Shown here: piece after piece, positions 1 through 7,762 of the stretch
How the letters are laid out: each line of letters starts with the position of its first letter
Numbering within the stretch: position 1 is the first letter of the stretch
The notes under the pieces: generated by a model
The model's input: only the letters and a program-made list of their open reading frames with translations
Told to the model about the DNA's origin: nothing
Database searches by the model: none
Position numbers and translations under genes: made by a program
DNA from: a virus
Lineage: Duplodnaviria > Heunggongvirae > Uroviricota > Caudoviricetes
Direction: 5' to 3' (one strand)
DNA: 14,590 bases
Virus record (IMG/VR): IMGVR_UViG_2585427790_000008

Positions 1-216
1 GTGAAAGTCATCATTGTTGAAGACGAATTCCTGGCACAACAGGAACTGAGCTGGCTAATTAAAGAGCACAGCCAGATGGAGATTGTCGGCACCTTTGACG
101 ACGGTCTGGACGTGTTGAAGTTTTTGCAGCATAACCGCGTCGACGCCATTTTTCTGGATATCAATATTCCGTCGCTGGATGGCGTGTTGCTGGCGCAAAA
201 CATCAGCCAGTTATAG
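1..216 (+). pseudogene. ypdB: 5' fragment (71 codons) of a LytTR-family two-component response regulator; receiver domain cut off mid-domain by the prophage insertion
   Basis: ORF translation MKVIIVEDEF...FLDINIPSLDG has the receiver-domain acidic pocket (EDE) and the phospho-acceptor Asp in FLDIN; it matches my recollection of the E. coli YpdB N-terminus up to NISQ and then hits a stop (QL*) where the native protein continues. Symbol is from memory, not from a search. Confidence 0.6.
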
Positions 217-224
217 CGCGGCGA

Positions 225-302
225 TTTTTTTGATACCGATTTGCATTTCATTTGATACCGCTGAAAAACGCCGATACGCAACTTATTTGATACTAAATCG
301 GC
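225..302. repeat. Three direct copies of TTTGATAC(C/T) (228-237, 251-260, 286-294) plus a 7-bp inverted repeat CGCCGAT/ATCGGCG (270-276 / 296-302); candidate transposase-binding end sites
   Basis: Repeats read directly from the sequence, sitting between the host junction and the mom stop. This is the position of the attR R1-R3 sites in Mu; the sequences are not identical to the Mu consensus. Confidence 0.3.
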
Positions 303-339
303 GCTTTTCTTTTGAGTTTTAGAATGAGTTTTTAAGCGT

Positions 340-1077
340 TCATTCACTCTCTTTCAAACCAGTTTTAACTGTTTGTGGTTTTGGGTAAGGCTGGACTTTG
401 AATAGCTTTGTGTTAAGGCGTTTTCTGGCTCTCTTGTCCAGAAACCGGATGTAACGAAACTGACGGAATTTATGAACACTGGCTCTGTCGATATTAGCCC
501 GCAGATGTTCACCTCGCTGTCCTCCTCGTTTGATTGCATTCTTGCAAATCTCGTGATACCACTCGCCATCAAGTTCATAGAATGTTGTTTCATGACTGCC
601 TACATAATCAAAATTGCTTGCCTGGTACACGACACCAAGACAGCCACAACGCTCATCTGCAAACGACTGAACCCACTGCACCTGCGGATAAAGTTGTCTG
701 ATTAGTTTGAGCGCGTAACTGATTGCCCTTGATTCGGAGTTTCTCGGCATACAGTCATGCAGCCATAACCGGTTAAGCTCCATATATTCGCGGTTCTGCG
801 TGCCAGTTACGACGCGTGCACCATTGTTTGGATTAAGGGCATAACCCCATTGCATTACGCCAACCAGCTCCCGTTCTGAAAATATGCCCAGATGAAGGTA
901 GGAATTATTTACGAAACGATGGCTGTAATGTTTATTGACGACGACCAGCCGGGCCAGCCAGCAACTTATTGTCTCAACCCGTAACTCACGGGAGCCATAA
1001 CCGACGATATTGTCGTTATAGTGAATAAGTTCAGGCGTGCTGATGATACGGGATGTAACTTGCTTTCTGTTCCCCAC
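340..1077 (-). CDS. mom: Mom-like DNA-modification protein (start uncertain; GTG at 1075-1077 proposed, ORF is open up to 1272)
   Basis: Last gene before the prophage end, same strand as com and overlapping its 3' end, as in Mu. I do not recall the Mom sequence, so the call is by synteny only. Confidence 0.5.
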   Translation of the reverse strand: MGNRKQVTSRIISTPELIHYNDNIVGYGSRELRVETISCWLARLVVVNKHYSHRFVNNSYLHLGIFSERELVGVMQWGYALNPNNGARVVTGTQNREYMELNRLWLHDCMPRNSESRAISYALKLIRQLYPQVQWVQSFADERCGCLGVVYQASNFDYVGSHETTFYELDGEWYHEICKNAIKRGGQRGEHLRANIDRASVHKFRQFRYIRFLDKRARKRLNTKLFKVQPYPKPQTVKTGLKESE

Positions 1078-1231
1078 GACAGGATTTCCTTGTGTATGTG
1101 GGGTGCTCTGTGGCGCTCTGAGATGTGATTTGATTGAGGGTTTTACAGCGCGGACATTTAACTTCCAGATAACTGAAGCTGGCTCGTGCCAGTAGCTTGT
1201 TACAATGTCGGCACCGTATGTTTCGATACAT
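1031..1231 (-). CDS. com: Com-like zinc-finger translational activator of mom
   Basis: [44 protein letters not shown] has the CxxC...CxxC pattern and matches Mu Com (IRCKNCNKLL...IRCPRCK...EHP). AGGAGG lies 10 nt upstream of the ATG at 1229-1231. The track ORF starts 15 codons earlier. Confidence 0.7.
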   Translation of the reverse strand: MYRNIRCRHCNKLLARASFSYLEVKCPRCKTLNQITSQSATEHPTYTRKSCRGEQKASYIPYHQHA

Positions 1232-1276
1232 GGCCGCATAACCTCCTGCTTTGTTGTTGATATCTTTATCACTCAA

Positions 1277-1298
1277 TCGATCGACAAAAACGATCGAT
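1277..1298. promoter_or_regulatory. Cluster of two GATC (Dam) sites inside the short palindromes TCGATCGA / CGATCGAT, 48-65 bp upstream of com
   Basis: GATC at 1279-1282 and 1292-1295. Mu mom has a Dam/OxyR-controlled GATC cluster upstream of its promoter. Confidence 0.35.
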
Positions 1299-1487
1299 TT
1301 GATTTATTTAATTGATACAACAAATAACACGAAATGTCATTAGCGAAAATTTATGAGTTTGATCACTAATTTTAAACGGTGCTGTAACGCATAAGTGCTG
1401 AATGATTGTACATTTGAATACCGCAAAGCAAACAAATCAACTAATTTATAGAAGTCAATTGGTTAATTGCCAGCGTAAGAGGCTGCT

Positions 1488-1781
1488 ATGGACAATCATG
1501 TAACGACGAGAAATCGAAAAATGATTGAAAATGCGGAAATCTATAATGATTATTTTTCCGATTATTCAGATGCCTGCAAATACAGTTCGAGTGCGGGAGA
1601 GTTCATATGCTTCAACTTTTTTATTAAATCTTATGTTTTTCCTCCACAGCAAGAAGATGGAGGTGTGCCACCTCCTGAAATCACTTTGCACCGTATAGCC
1701 TCCGTCTCAATGATGGAGCAACAGGCTAATGAGCTGTATAGCATTCTGGGAACGATTCTACAAAAGCGTGAATCGGACTAA
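1488..1781 (+). CDS. Hypothetical protein (97 aa), AT-rich, no recognisable motif
   Basis: ORF with AAGAGG 6 nt upstream of the ATG; lies in a low-GC island between com and the esterase cluster. Confidence 0.3.
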   Translation: MDNHVTTRNRKMIENAEIYNDYFSDYSDACKYSSSAGEFICFNFFIKSYVFPPQQEDGGVPPPEITLHRIASVSMMEQQANELYSILGTILQKRESD

Positions 1782-1948
1782 TGATACCGGTTCATTTGCC
1801 TGCCCGGATGGGGAAGCAGGATTGACTGCTCCATAAGCAGCTATATTTCTGAATACGAAATACTATCCAGCGATTACATATGGCTGGATAGCGGCAAAGA
1901 TGTTTTCATTAGTGTCAAACCGGCAGAGGACACCACCGGTTTGTATTG

Positions 1949-2203
1949 TTACATCATGGTACTGTCAGTTCCGGGCTGAGCCGGGTCTGGTTGCTCTGGC
2001 TGCGCGTCGGTTTTCGGCTCATTATCAGCATCACTGGCCGCAACTGCTGGCCCAATAAGTTTTGCCAGCACTTCATCAACGTAAGTGTCGATTTGTGCCT
2101 CAAAATCCTTGCGGACCTGCGCTTTCAGCAACTTATTTACTTCACCGGAATACAGTGCCTGTTTTACCAGGTCTTCAGTGACGGTGCCTTTAATTTCTGG
2201 CAT
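1949..2203 (-). CDS. Hypothetical protein (84 aa), acidic Pro/Gln-rich C-terminus
   Basis: Strong RBS (AAGGAGGATATACATG). Preferred over the overlapping + strand ORF 1946..2332, which has no RBS. Confidence 0.45.
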   Translation of the reverse strand: MPEIKGTVTEDLVKQALYSGEVNKLLKAQVRKDFEAQIDTYVDEVLAKLIGPAVAASDADNEPKTDAQPEQPDPAQPGTDSTMM

Positions 2204-2238
2204 GTATATCCTCCTTATGCGGGAATAAAGCCCTGCAA

Positions 2239-2421
2239 TCAGGGCTGGGTCGGGTCTTTTGGGAGCGGAGTTACCTGCGCTGTTTTACTGAGTTTTTCAG
2301 CTGCTGCGTCCTCAATTTTGCGGCGAACATAATTTCTGATGGCCTTATAACCACCACTCACCAGATATAACGCACATACTGCCGTGCAGAAATACAATAA
2401 AATAAGCTGTAAAAATGTCAT
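2239..2421 (-). CDS. Small predicted single-pass membrane protein (~60 aa)
   Basis: Hydrophobic stretch FLQLILLYFCTAVCALYLV followed by a basic region. GGGAGGG lies upstream of the ATG at 2419-2421; the track ORF starts at an upstream TTG (2433). Confidence 0.4.
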   Translation of the reverse strand: MTFLQLILLYFCTAVCALYLVSGGYKAIRNYVRRKIEDAAAEKLSKTAQVTPLPKDPTQP

Positions 2422-2517
2422 TATCCCTCCCAATTATTGACATGGTGTTGACACCGGTAATATCTGTTAGGTAAAAAGGTGCACTGCATTTTTTGCTTTG
2501 GATATAACGATCTTTTT

Positions 2518-2558
2518 GCCGCCGGTTTCTTGTTTTCCCTTACCGGCGGCATTTTTTT
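2518..2558 (+). terminator. Stem-loop GCCGCCGGT-(15 nt)-ACCGGCGGC followed by ATTTTTTTAT on the + strand
   Basis: Perfect 9-bp stem with a downstream T7 run on the + strand, just 3' of the esterase stop on the opposite strand. The loop is long, so this is an uncertain terminator. Confidence 0.35.
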
Positions 2559-2565
2559 ATCCTGC

Positions 2566-4620
2566 TTACGCGTTATTCACTTCCACCACGATACTGTCAA
2601 TCAGTACCGGGTAAGTCGCATTTTTAGTGATATCGGTCACGCGCAACTTGTCTGCCGTAAACGTGCCGACCGGAGACTGCGACAGCATGAATGGTGTCCC
2701 GTCCTTACCATCAATGACCGGCGTCACCTCAATACTGTTGTTACCGGCAAAACGGAAGCCCAGCGTATGCCATTCGTTATTAAATGCGCCGAATGACCCC
2801 AGCTTCGTGTTCTGCGCCGTGTTTCCTTTGTGATACATCACGTTAAGGTCTGTGGCATCGCTCTGTACGTAGAACGATGCCAGCAGGTTATGACCGGCAT
2901 TTCCTTCCAGAGTAACCCCTTGCGGCAGGGCAGAAACCGGCCAGTACAGCGCCAGTGCGTACTGATTAGCCGTAAGCGCGCCATCGAGTTTAAAACGACA
3001 ACTGACAAGACCACCTTTACCCAGCAGGTCCGCACCATTACCAGCATCATGCTCAAGGTACCAGGGGGCTCTTCCTGTTTCCTTGGTCAGTTTCATTGCC
3101 TTACCCCCGCTGGCTCCGGCATCATCCACGATTTGAGCCTTGCCACCTCCGGCAGCCCAACCCTGTGGTGTCAACCGTCCTTCAGACTCAGATGCCCGGT
3201 AAGCAAATAGCGTACTCATCGTCGTGGTGTCTGCGGGTGGCGTGGACGGTTTTGATGGTGTATCAGGTGACGGCTTCTCATCCGGTGGTGTCACGGTCTG
3301 CCCGCGCATCAGTTCAGCCGTGCGCCCTGCATGGAGCATAATAGCTGAGGCCAGACGGTCTGAAATGACGCCCCTGCGTGCCCATGAGCTGAAATGGCTG
3401 TCACGCTGTGTCGAAACAAAACTGCCCTGGGTTCGGGATGCTGCACCGTAATACCCGACAGCCACAATATCCGGGTCTTCCGCCGGAGCATTCGTTGGCG
3501 TGCTCTGTCCATTCTCATCCGTCAGGAACGGTACAAAGAAAATTTTCTGTGCTTCCTTGCCTTTGTAGCCACCGTATACTGCCTCATATTTATCGGTGCC
3601 AGCGTTTTTCCAGTAATACGTGGTATCACCGCAAATCCACGGCACCGTGGTGGCATTTCCACTCACGCACTGCGCAGCAAGCGGAGCCAGGTCAGTTCTG
3701 AACTGCTGAACCATGGCCGTGAATAAACTATTATGCTGCTGGCTTCCTGAGGCAAGGTCTGCCTCTCCCTGCATCCAGACCACAGCCAGAAGTTTGTTTT
3801 TCGGGTTTTTCGCCAGCGCGACTTTGGTGCGGCTTACCAGGTCCTGATACAGAGGTTTACCGGCCCCCCAGCGTGAAGAATCAGCGGAAGCACCGCTGGC
3901 CTCACTGAATGAGCCGTCGGCTCCAGTGGTGAATGCTGACCCGCCACGACAACAGGGCACCAGAAGTATCCCGGCATTCTGTGGGATATAGGGAAGCAGT
4001 TTTTTGGCAATATGCAACCCCTGACCGACAGTCCCGTACTGGCCTTTTGCCAGATCAGCTTTCGGGTGGTTTATCCCGCTCATATCCTGAACATCATGCA
4101 GGCAGTGGTCTGCCGGAATGATGTCGTTGTATGTACACGACGTACCGTTGGGCGTTACCGTACTGCGGCGTGCCAGTTGCTTAATGCGTGGGTCCGGGCG
4201 GTCAAACGAATCCGGTAACGGCAGCCCCTCGCCGTAGGCCATGCCATTTGACTGACCCGCGAGAATGACAACAAAGTAATATTCCGGCTCTGAACTGCTG
4301 CCATTCGTGCTACCGGAAGGCCCGGCGTTATCCGGTGCATTCCAGTCGGAGGGCGTGAGCGTTCCGGCCACGTCAGATGTGATTGGAATGATGCCAGTCA
4401 CGCCTGAACTGGTGATTTCTGCACTGGGATTACCGGATACCGGCATTACCCATAATGGCTCTTTCGTGCTGAAGCGGATCACGCAGTCTGCGAAGGTGAT
4501 CCCCCCTTTATTACCCGAAGGGCGGAAAGGGCTTTCAATAAATGCCACCGTGCCACCGGCAACCTTGACTGAAAACTCTCCGGGCATGGCGGAGAGCATT
4601 TTCCACTTGGAGTCTGACAT
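2566..4620 (-). CDS. SGNH/SASA-family sialate O-acetylesterase-like protein (prophage NanS-p-like), 684 aa
   Basis: GQSN catalytic-serine motif (VVILAGQSNGMAYGEG) and downstream WMQGEAD motif typical of SASA esterases; Ser/Thr/Pro-rich linkers; long C-terminal beta-rich region. Confidence 0.7.
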   Translation of the reverse strand: MSDSKWKMLSAMPGEFSVKVAGGTVAFIESPFRPSGNKGGITFADCVIRFSTKEPLWVMPVSGNPSAEITSSGVTGIIPITSDVAGTLTPSDWNAPDNAGPSGSTNGSSSEPEYYFVVILAGQSNGMAYGEGLPLPDSFDRPDPRIKQLARRSTVTPNGTSCTYNDIIPADHCLHDVQDMSGINHPKADLAKGQYGTVGQGLHIAKKLLPYIPQNAGILLVPCCRGGSAFTTGADGSFSEASGASADSSRWGAGKPLYQDLVSRTKVALAKNPKNKLLAVVWMQGEADLASGSQQHNSLFTAMVQQFRTDLAPLAAQCVSGNATTVPWICGDTTYYWKNAGTDKYEAVYGGYKGKEAQKIFFVPFLTDENGQSTPTNAPAEDPDIVAVGYYGAASRTQGSFVSTQRDSHFSSWARRGVISDRLASAIMLHAGRTAELMRGQTVTPPDEKPSPDTPSKPSTPPADTTTMSTLFAYRASESEGRLTPQGWAAGGGKAQIVDDAGASGGKAMKLTKETGRAPWYLEHDAGNGADLLGKGGLVSCRFKLDGALTANQYALALYWPVSALPQGVTLEGNAGHNLLASFYVQSDATDLNVMYHKGNTAQNTKLGSFGAFNNEWHTLGFRFAGNNSIEVTPVIDGKDGTPFMLSQSPVGTFTADKLRVTDITKNATYPVLIDSIVVEVNNA

Positions 4621-4705
4621 CGTCTTTTCTGCCTGTTTCTGAATTAAACAGAGTCAGAATAGCGACCGCTGAAAAATATGTGTTTTGCGGAAATTCAAAA
4701 AAGCG

Positions 4706-5277
4706 TCACGGTACTTTTGGTGACGGAGCTGGTGAGGCAGGAAAATAACGATAAAGGGTGGAAAGGCCAATATCAAATATCAGTGCGATTTGTTTACGGG
4801 ACTCGCCATTAGCCAGCAAACGGGCGATTTGCTCCCGCTCTTTCTCTGTCAGTTTCTGAGGTCTGCCGCCATGACGCCCCTGAGCACGGGCAGCAGCAAG
4901 ACCCGCGCGTGTACGTTCAATAATGAGTTCCCGCTCCATTTCCGCCAGCGCGCCCATTATATGGAAAAGAAACGTCCCATGGGAGTGGATGTATCAATAT
5001 TGTCCGTAATGCTGCGGAAGTTAACGCCGCGTTGCCGGAGTTCTTCTGTTAAAAGGACAAGGTGCTGCATACTGCGTCCAAGGCGATCCAGTTTCCAGAC
5101 CAGCAGGGTATCCCCTGGCCGGAGTCGCTTTAATGCGCGTTTAAGTCCGGGACGCTCCCTTGTCTTACCGCTTATTCTGTCTTCGAAAAACAGCTCACAT
5201 CCTGCACATTCCAGCGCATTTCTTTGTAGCGCCGTATTCTGGTCATTTGTTGACACCCTGATATACCCAATCAGCAT
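4706..5277 (-). pseudogene. gin: Gin/Pin/Hin-family serine DNA invertase split by a -1 frameshift
   Basis: N-terminal ORF MLIGYIRVSTNDQ...PMGRFFSI* and C-terminal ORF MGALAEMERELIIERT...STLYRY match Mu Gin either side of ...MGRFFFHVMGALAEMERE. One T is missing from a T-run (+ strand A4 at 4955-4958). Confidence 0.8.
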
Positions 5278-5342
5278 ACGATTTCCTTATTATAAAAAGC
5301 CGGAATTGTCGCATGAGGAATAAAACAGAGTTAATCCTGGCT

Positions 5343-5368
5343 TTCCTGAAAACCTCGGTTTACGGGAA
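5343..5368. other. gix/hix-like 26-bp recombination site TTCCTGAAAACC-TC-GGTTTACGGGAA (invertase-proximal)
   Basis: Imperfect 12-bp dyad half-sites around a 2-bp core, resembling Mu gix and Salmonella hix; sits at the outer edge of the inverted repeat. Confidence 0.6.
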
Positions 5369-5481
5369 ACGGTAAACAGGGCGGCGAATGCCCTGCCATC
5401 GGACGGCACCGCCGTTGCCGCGAACAGGCTGGCAAATGCCCACACAATTAATGGTGTTCCCTTTGACGGGACGCAGGATAT
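5355..5481. repeat. Inverted-repeat copy (proximal), ~127 bp, imperfect, paired with 6547..6673
   Basis: The + strand 5355-5481 aligns by eye with the reverse complement of 6547-6673. Both encode [26 protein letters not shown]...[12 protein letters not shown]. Confidence 0.8.
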
Positions 5482-5707
5482 CACTATCTCATCAGGAACA
5501 GTAACCGCCATAAGACTGGGGTCGGTGACCGCACATATGCCCGGAACATGGGAAAGCTGGGATCTGAATCTGGGGGGCGGCAATGTTCTTACCGGAATTA
5601 AAGTACAGGATGTCGGTAAGAATACGGCAGATAACGTCGGCGGCGTGTATTACCGGCCGTTGCAGTATCTGTTAAATGGAGCATGGGTGACGGCTGCAAG
5701 TATATAA
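5356..5707 (+). CDS. Promoterless alternative tail-fibre C-terminal cassette (Sv'-like), silent in the present orientation
   Basis: Frame open from the crossover site to TAA at 5705-5707. Starts with the same 26 residues as the active fibre C-terminus, then diverges (...[21 protein letters not shown]...YRPLQYLLNGAWVTAASI*). Confidence 0.6.
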
Positions 5708-5715
5708 TGATATTC

Positions 5716-5740
5716 AGAAGGCCTTCCGGCCTTCTTTATT
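5716..5740 (+). terminator. Hairpin AGAAGGCC-TTCC-GGCCTTCT followed by TTTATT, between the convergent cassette and assembly-gene stops
   Basis: 8-bp perfect stem with a T-rich tail on the + strand, located between the stop at 5705-5707 and the minus-strand stop at 5739-5741. Confidence 0.4.
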
Positions 5741-6260
5741 ACTGTGGCTGCTCAGGCCATTTAATGGCGTTAAATTCAGCTTCTGTTTTAATGGCGGGGA
5801 GTTCCATTTTTTTTACCTGACTGATGTATGCCATCCATTGGGTAAGTGCTGCTCTGTCTTCATCGCTGATGGTGCCCAGTTGTAGCTCCGTTCTCCAGTC
5901 ATTAATTTTTTCATATGCCTGATTAAGATATGACTGGCGCATTGCTTCCAGTTTTCTTGCGTAGTTAACCGGAATACGGGAGATTATGCCATTATCAAAC
6001 TTCCAGTTTCCTGAAATATCCGTGCCTTCAGGGAGTTCATCGACCTCAACCACAGAAAACCCCGCAGGATACAGCGCCGAGGCGTCCTGTGATATTGAGC
6101 AGATAACGCCGCTGTCAGGTGTTATGCAAAGTTTATATTTTTTGGTGAATAATGGCAGGGATTCGTAGAAATCCTTACCATCTTCACTCTGGAAATACTG
6201 AACATTATTACCATATGGCATATTTTCAGGATAATAACGGGTTGTATTTTTTAGTTCCAT
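5739..6260 (-). CDS. Tail-fibre assembly chaperone (Mu U / Tfa-like), 173 aa
   Basis: C-terminal region ...ISGNWKFDNGII...LQLGTISDEDRAALTQWMAYISQVK...WPEQPQ resembles Mu U (...LGIISDENKQKLTEWMLYAQKV...FPEQPE); lies immediately downstream of the tail-fibre gene. Confidence 0.8.
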   Translation of the reverse strand: MELKNTTRYYPENMPYGNNVQYFQSEDGKDFYESLPLFTKKYKLCITPDSGVICSISQDASALYPAGFSVVEVDELPEGTDISGNWKFDNGIISRIPVNYARKLEAMRQSYLNQAYEKINDWRTELQLGTISDEDRAALTQWMAYISQVKKMELPAIKTEAEFNAIKWPEQPQ

Positions 6261-6311
6261 AAAATCCTCCTGGAAATAAATCTGTTTTAAAATATATTAT
6301 TTACTGACTAT

Positions 6312-7202
6312 TTATAACTGAGATACCGTAATCCATGTACCTCCGACTAATTTTTGCAGGGGTCTGAATGCTATAAAATCGTTTGAAGCATCAACTTTAC
6401 TGTCAATCTGCAGGCCTGCCATAACATTACCGTACGCAGAGTAATATGCCCCACCGTACATTACCTGCCTGTTCTCTGCTCCCAGCCTGATATCCTGGAT
6501 ATATCGGGAATCCGCATCCTGCTGTGTTATACCAGAAGTGATGTTTATGTCCTGCGTCCCGTCAAAGGGAACCCCATTAATATTTCTTGGGGTGGCGAGT
6601 CTATTCGCGGCAACGGCGGTGCCGTCCGATGGCAGAGCATTCGCCGCCCTGTTTACCGTTTCCCGTAAACCGACGTTATCGATAAAAGCCCCTTTATCCG
6701 GAATGTCTGCGCCGTTCTGCTCCCTGCGCAGGTAACGGTTATCACCTTCGCTTTTGCTGTAAACATCCAGATTATTACGGGCGGTTCCCTTATTCTCCAG
6801 GTCGGCGAGATTCTGATCCTTCGCCAGGGCATTAACGTCAGCGGGACCAAGACTGTTTTTTGTGGCAAGCGTCCCCAGACCAAGATAACCACGGGCCAGA
6901 CGCTGGGCCTCCGCACCGGCATCAGCAATTTCTTTCAGGTTATTTTTCCGGGAAAAGGCATTCGCAGCGATAATGGCTTTAATGGACAGCGTAAGCTGGT
7001 TTAACTGCGCCTTATCCGGCTGAATACTGGCTTCAGCCAGAATATTCAGCAGTTCGGCCTGGAGAATATTCAGCCAGTCCTGACCAATCCAGCTGATACC
7101 TTTTTGTCCGTCACCTTCGGTAAACCAGGTGGTGGTATTACTCTGCGCTGGTGCCAGCGCAGGCATATTCGCCACGCCGGAATTATTATCAACATGAAAC
7201 AT
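6312..7202 (-). CDS. Tail-fibre protein (Mu S-like), 296 aa, with its C-terminal third inside the invertible segment
   Basis: N-terminus [27 protein letters not shown] is typical of Mu/P2-type fibres; start overlaps the upstream stop (TAATG coupling). Confidence 0.8.
   Translation of the reverse strand: MFHVDNNSGVANMPALAPAQSNTTTWFTEGDGQKGISWIGQDWLNILQAELLNILAEASIQPDKAQLNQLTLSIKAIIAANAFSRKNNLKEIADAGAEAQRLARGYLGLGTLATKNSLGPADVNALAKDQNLADLENKGTARNNLDVYSKSEGDNRYLRREQNGADIPDKGAFIDNVGLRETVNRAANALPSDGTAVAANRLATPRNINGVPFDGTQDINITSGITQQDADSRYIQDIRLGAENRQVMYGGAYYSAYGNVMAGLQIDSKVDASNDFIAFRPLQKLVGGTWITVSQL
6547..6673. repeat. Inverted-repeat copy (distal), within the tail-fibre coding sequence
   Basis: Reverse complement matches 5355-5481 apart from a ~22-bp divergent patch and scattered mismatches. 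Confidence 0.8.
6661..6686. other. gix/hix-like 26-bp recombination site (distal); reverse complement reads TTATCGATAACG-TC-GGTTTACGGGAA
   Basis: Shares the right half-site and the TC core with the proximal site; the left half-site resembles hixR-type TTATCAAAAACC. Confidence 0.55.
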
Positions 7203-7762
7203 TAAATAGTCTCCTCTTCATGGCTGTTTGCATACACGTAAATAAACGTCTGCCATGCAGGCTTATAACGGTTCAGAATACATTCCAGCGCACCGCCTTC
7301 ATAAATACGCAGCGGCGTGAGAATATCATCCAGCACATTCATATTCCGGTAGCCGGTTTCACTGTTAATCGTGACAATACTGACCCACTGTGAATCCGGT
7401 GATGGCTGAATATCTATTTCATAACCAAACTCTGCCGCAAACCGGATATAAAATTCACGGTTAAGAGAGGGTTTCATCCGGTATTTATTCCCGGCATAAC
7501 GCTGACGCTCCTGAATGGTTGCGCCGGTCATATCACATTCCGGTAACCCCAGATAACGCTCCCAGTCTTCCAGCAGCAGACGAGATGAATCAGGAAAACG
7601 TTCTGCCAGCATCTGGTTACCGGTCCAGGAAACACGCTCCGTGGAATGACTGAGGCCCAGGCACAAAGCCGCAAGAACGGATGACGGCCGCTTATCCCAT
7701 GCCAGCCCGTCAGGCAGCAACTGCAACAGGGCACGCTGATGCGGGGTCAGGGTTACAGCCAT
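7202..7762 (-). CDS. Baseplate/tail protein, Mu gp48-like (DUF2313/YmfQ-like), 186 aa
   Basis: Size and position between the J-like baseplate gene and the tail fibre; start overlaps the upstream gene end. Confidence 0.65.
   Translation of the reverse strand: MAVTLTPHQRALLQLLPDGLAWDKRPSSVLAALCLGLSHSTERVSWTGNQMLAERFPDSSRLLLEDWERYLGLPECDMTGATIQERQRYAGNKYRMKPSLNREFYIRFAAEFGYEIDIQPSPDSQWVSIVTINSETGYRNMNVLDDILTPLRIYEGGALECILNRYKPAWQTFIYVYANSHEEETI

Larger units (their letters stand above)
5356..6673. other. G-segment-like invertible DNA region (~1.3 kb) bounded by crossover sites
   Basis: Inverted repeats and gix-like sites at both ends; contains the fibre variable 3' end, one assembly gene and an oppositely oriented alternative fibre 3' cassette; a serine invertase gene sits immediately outside. 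Confidence 0.6.

Noticed and set aside
225-302. Possible CRISPR-like array from short direct repeats
   Set aside because: Repeats are only 9-10 bp with irregular spacing and there are no cas genes; they are better explained as transposase-binding end repeats.
340-1272. Full 310-aa reading of the mom-frame ORF, including an ATG at 1237-1239
   Set aside because: That start would overlap the entire com gene and sits only 2 nt after the AGGAGG. Mu-type organisation has mom beginning near the 3' end of com, so a start near 1077 is preferred. This remains uncertain.
1946-2332. 128-aa + strand ORF overlapping the 84-aa and membrane-peptide ORFs
   Set aside because: No RBS and a low-complexity hydrophobic translation; the minus-strand ORFs have good RBSs and are co-oriented with the neighbouring gene.
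2437-2476. Tandem TTGACA hexamers (2437-2442, 2448-2453) as a + strand promoter for a short RNA ending at the 2518-2558 hairpin
   Set aside because: No convincing -10 element at the right spacing (ATATCT / GTAAAA only), so this is too weak to call.
5290-5583. 97-aa minus-strand ORF, and the 65-aa + strand ORF at 6538..6735, sharing [11 protein letters not shown]...FTVSRKP
   Set aside because: Both are antisense translations of the two copies of the tail-fibre inverted repeat, not genes.
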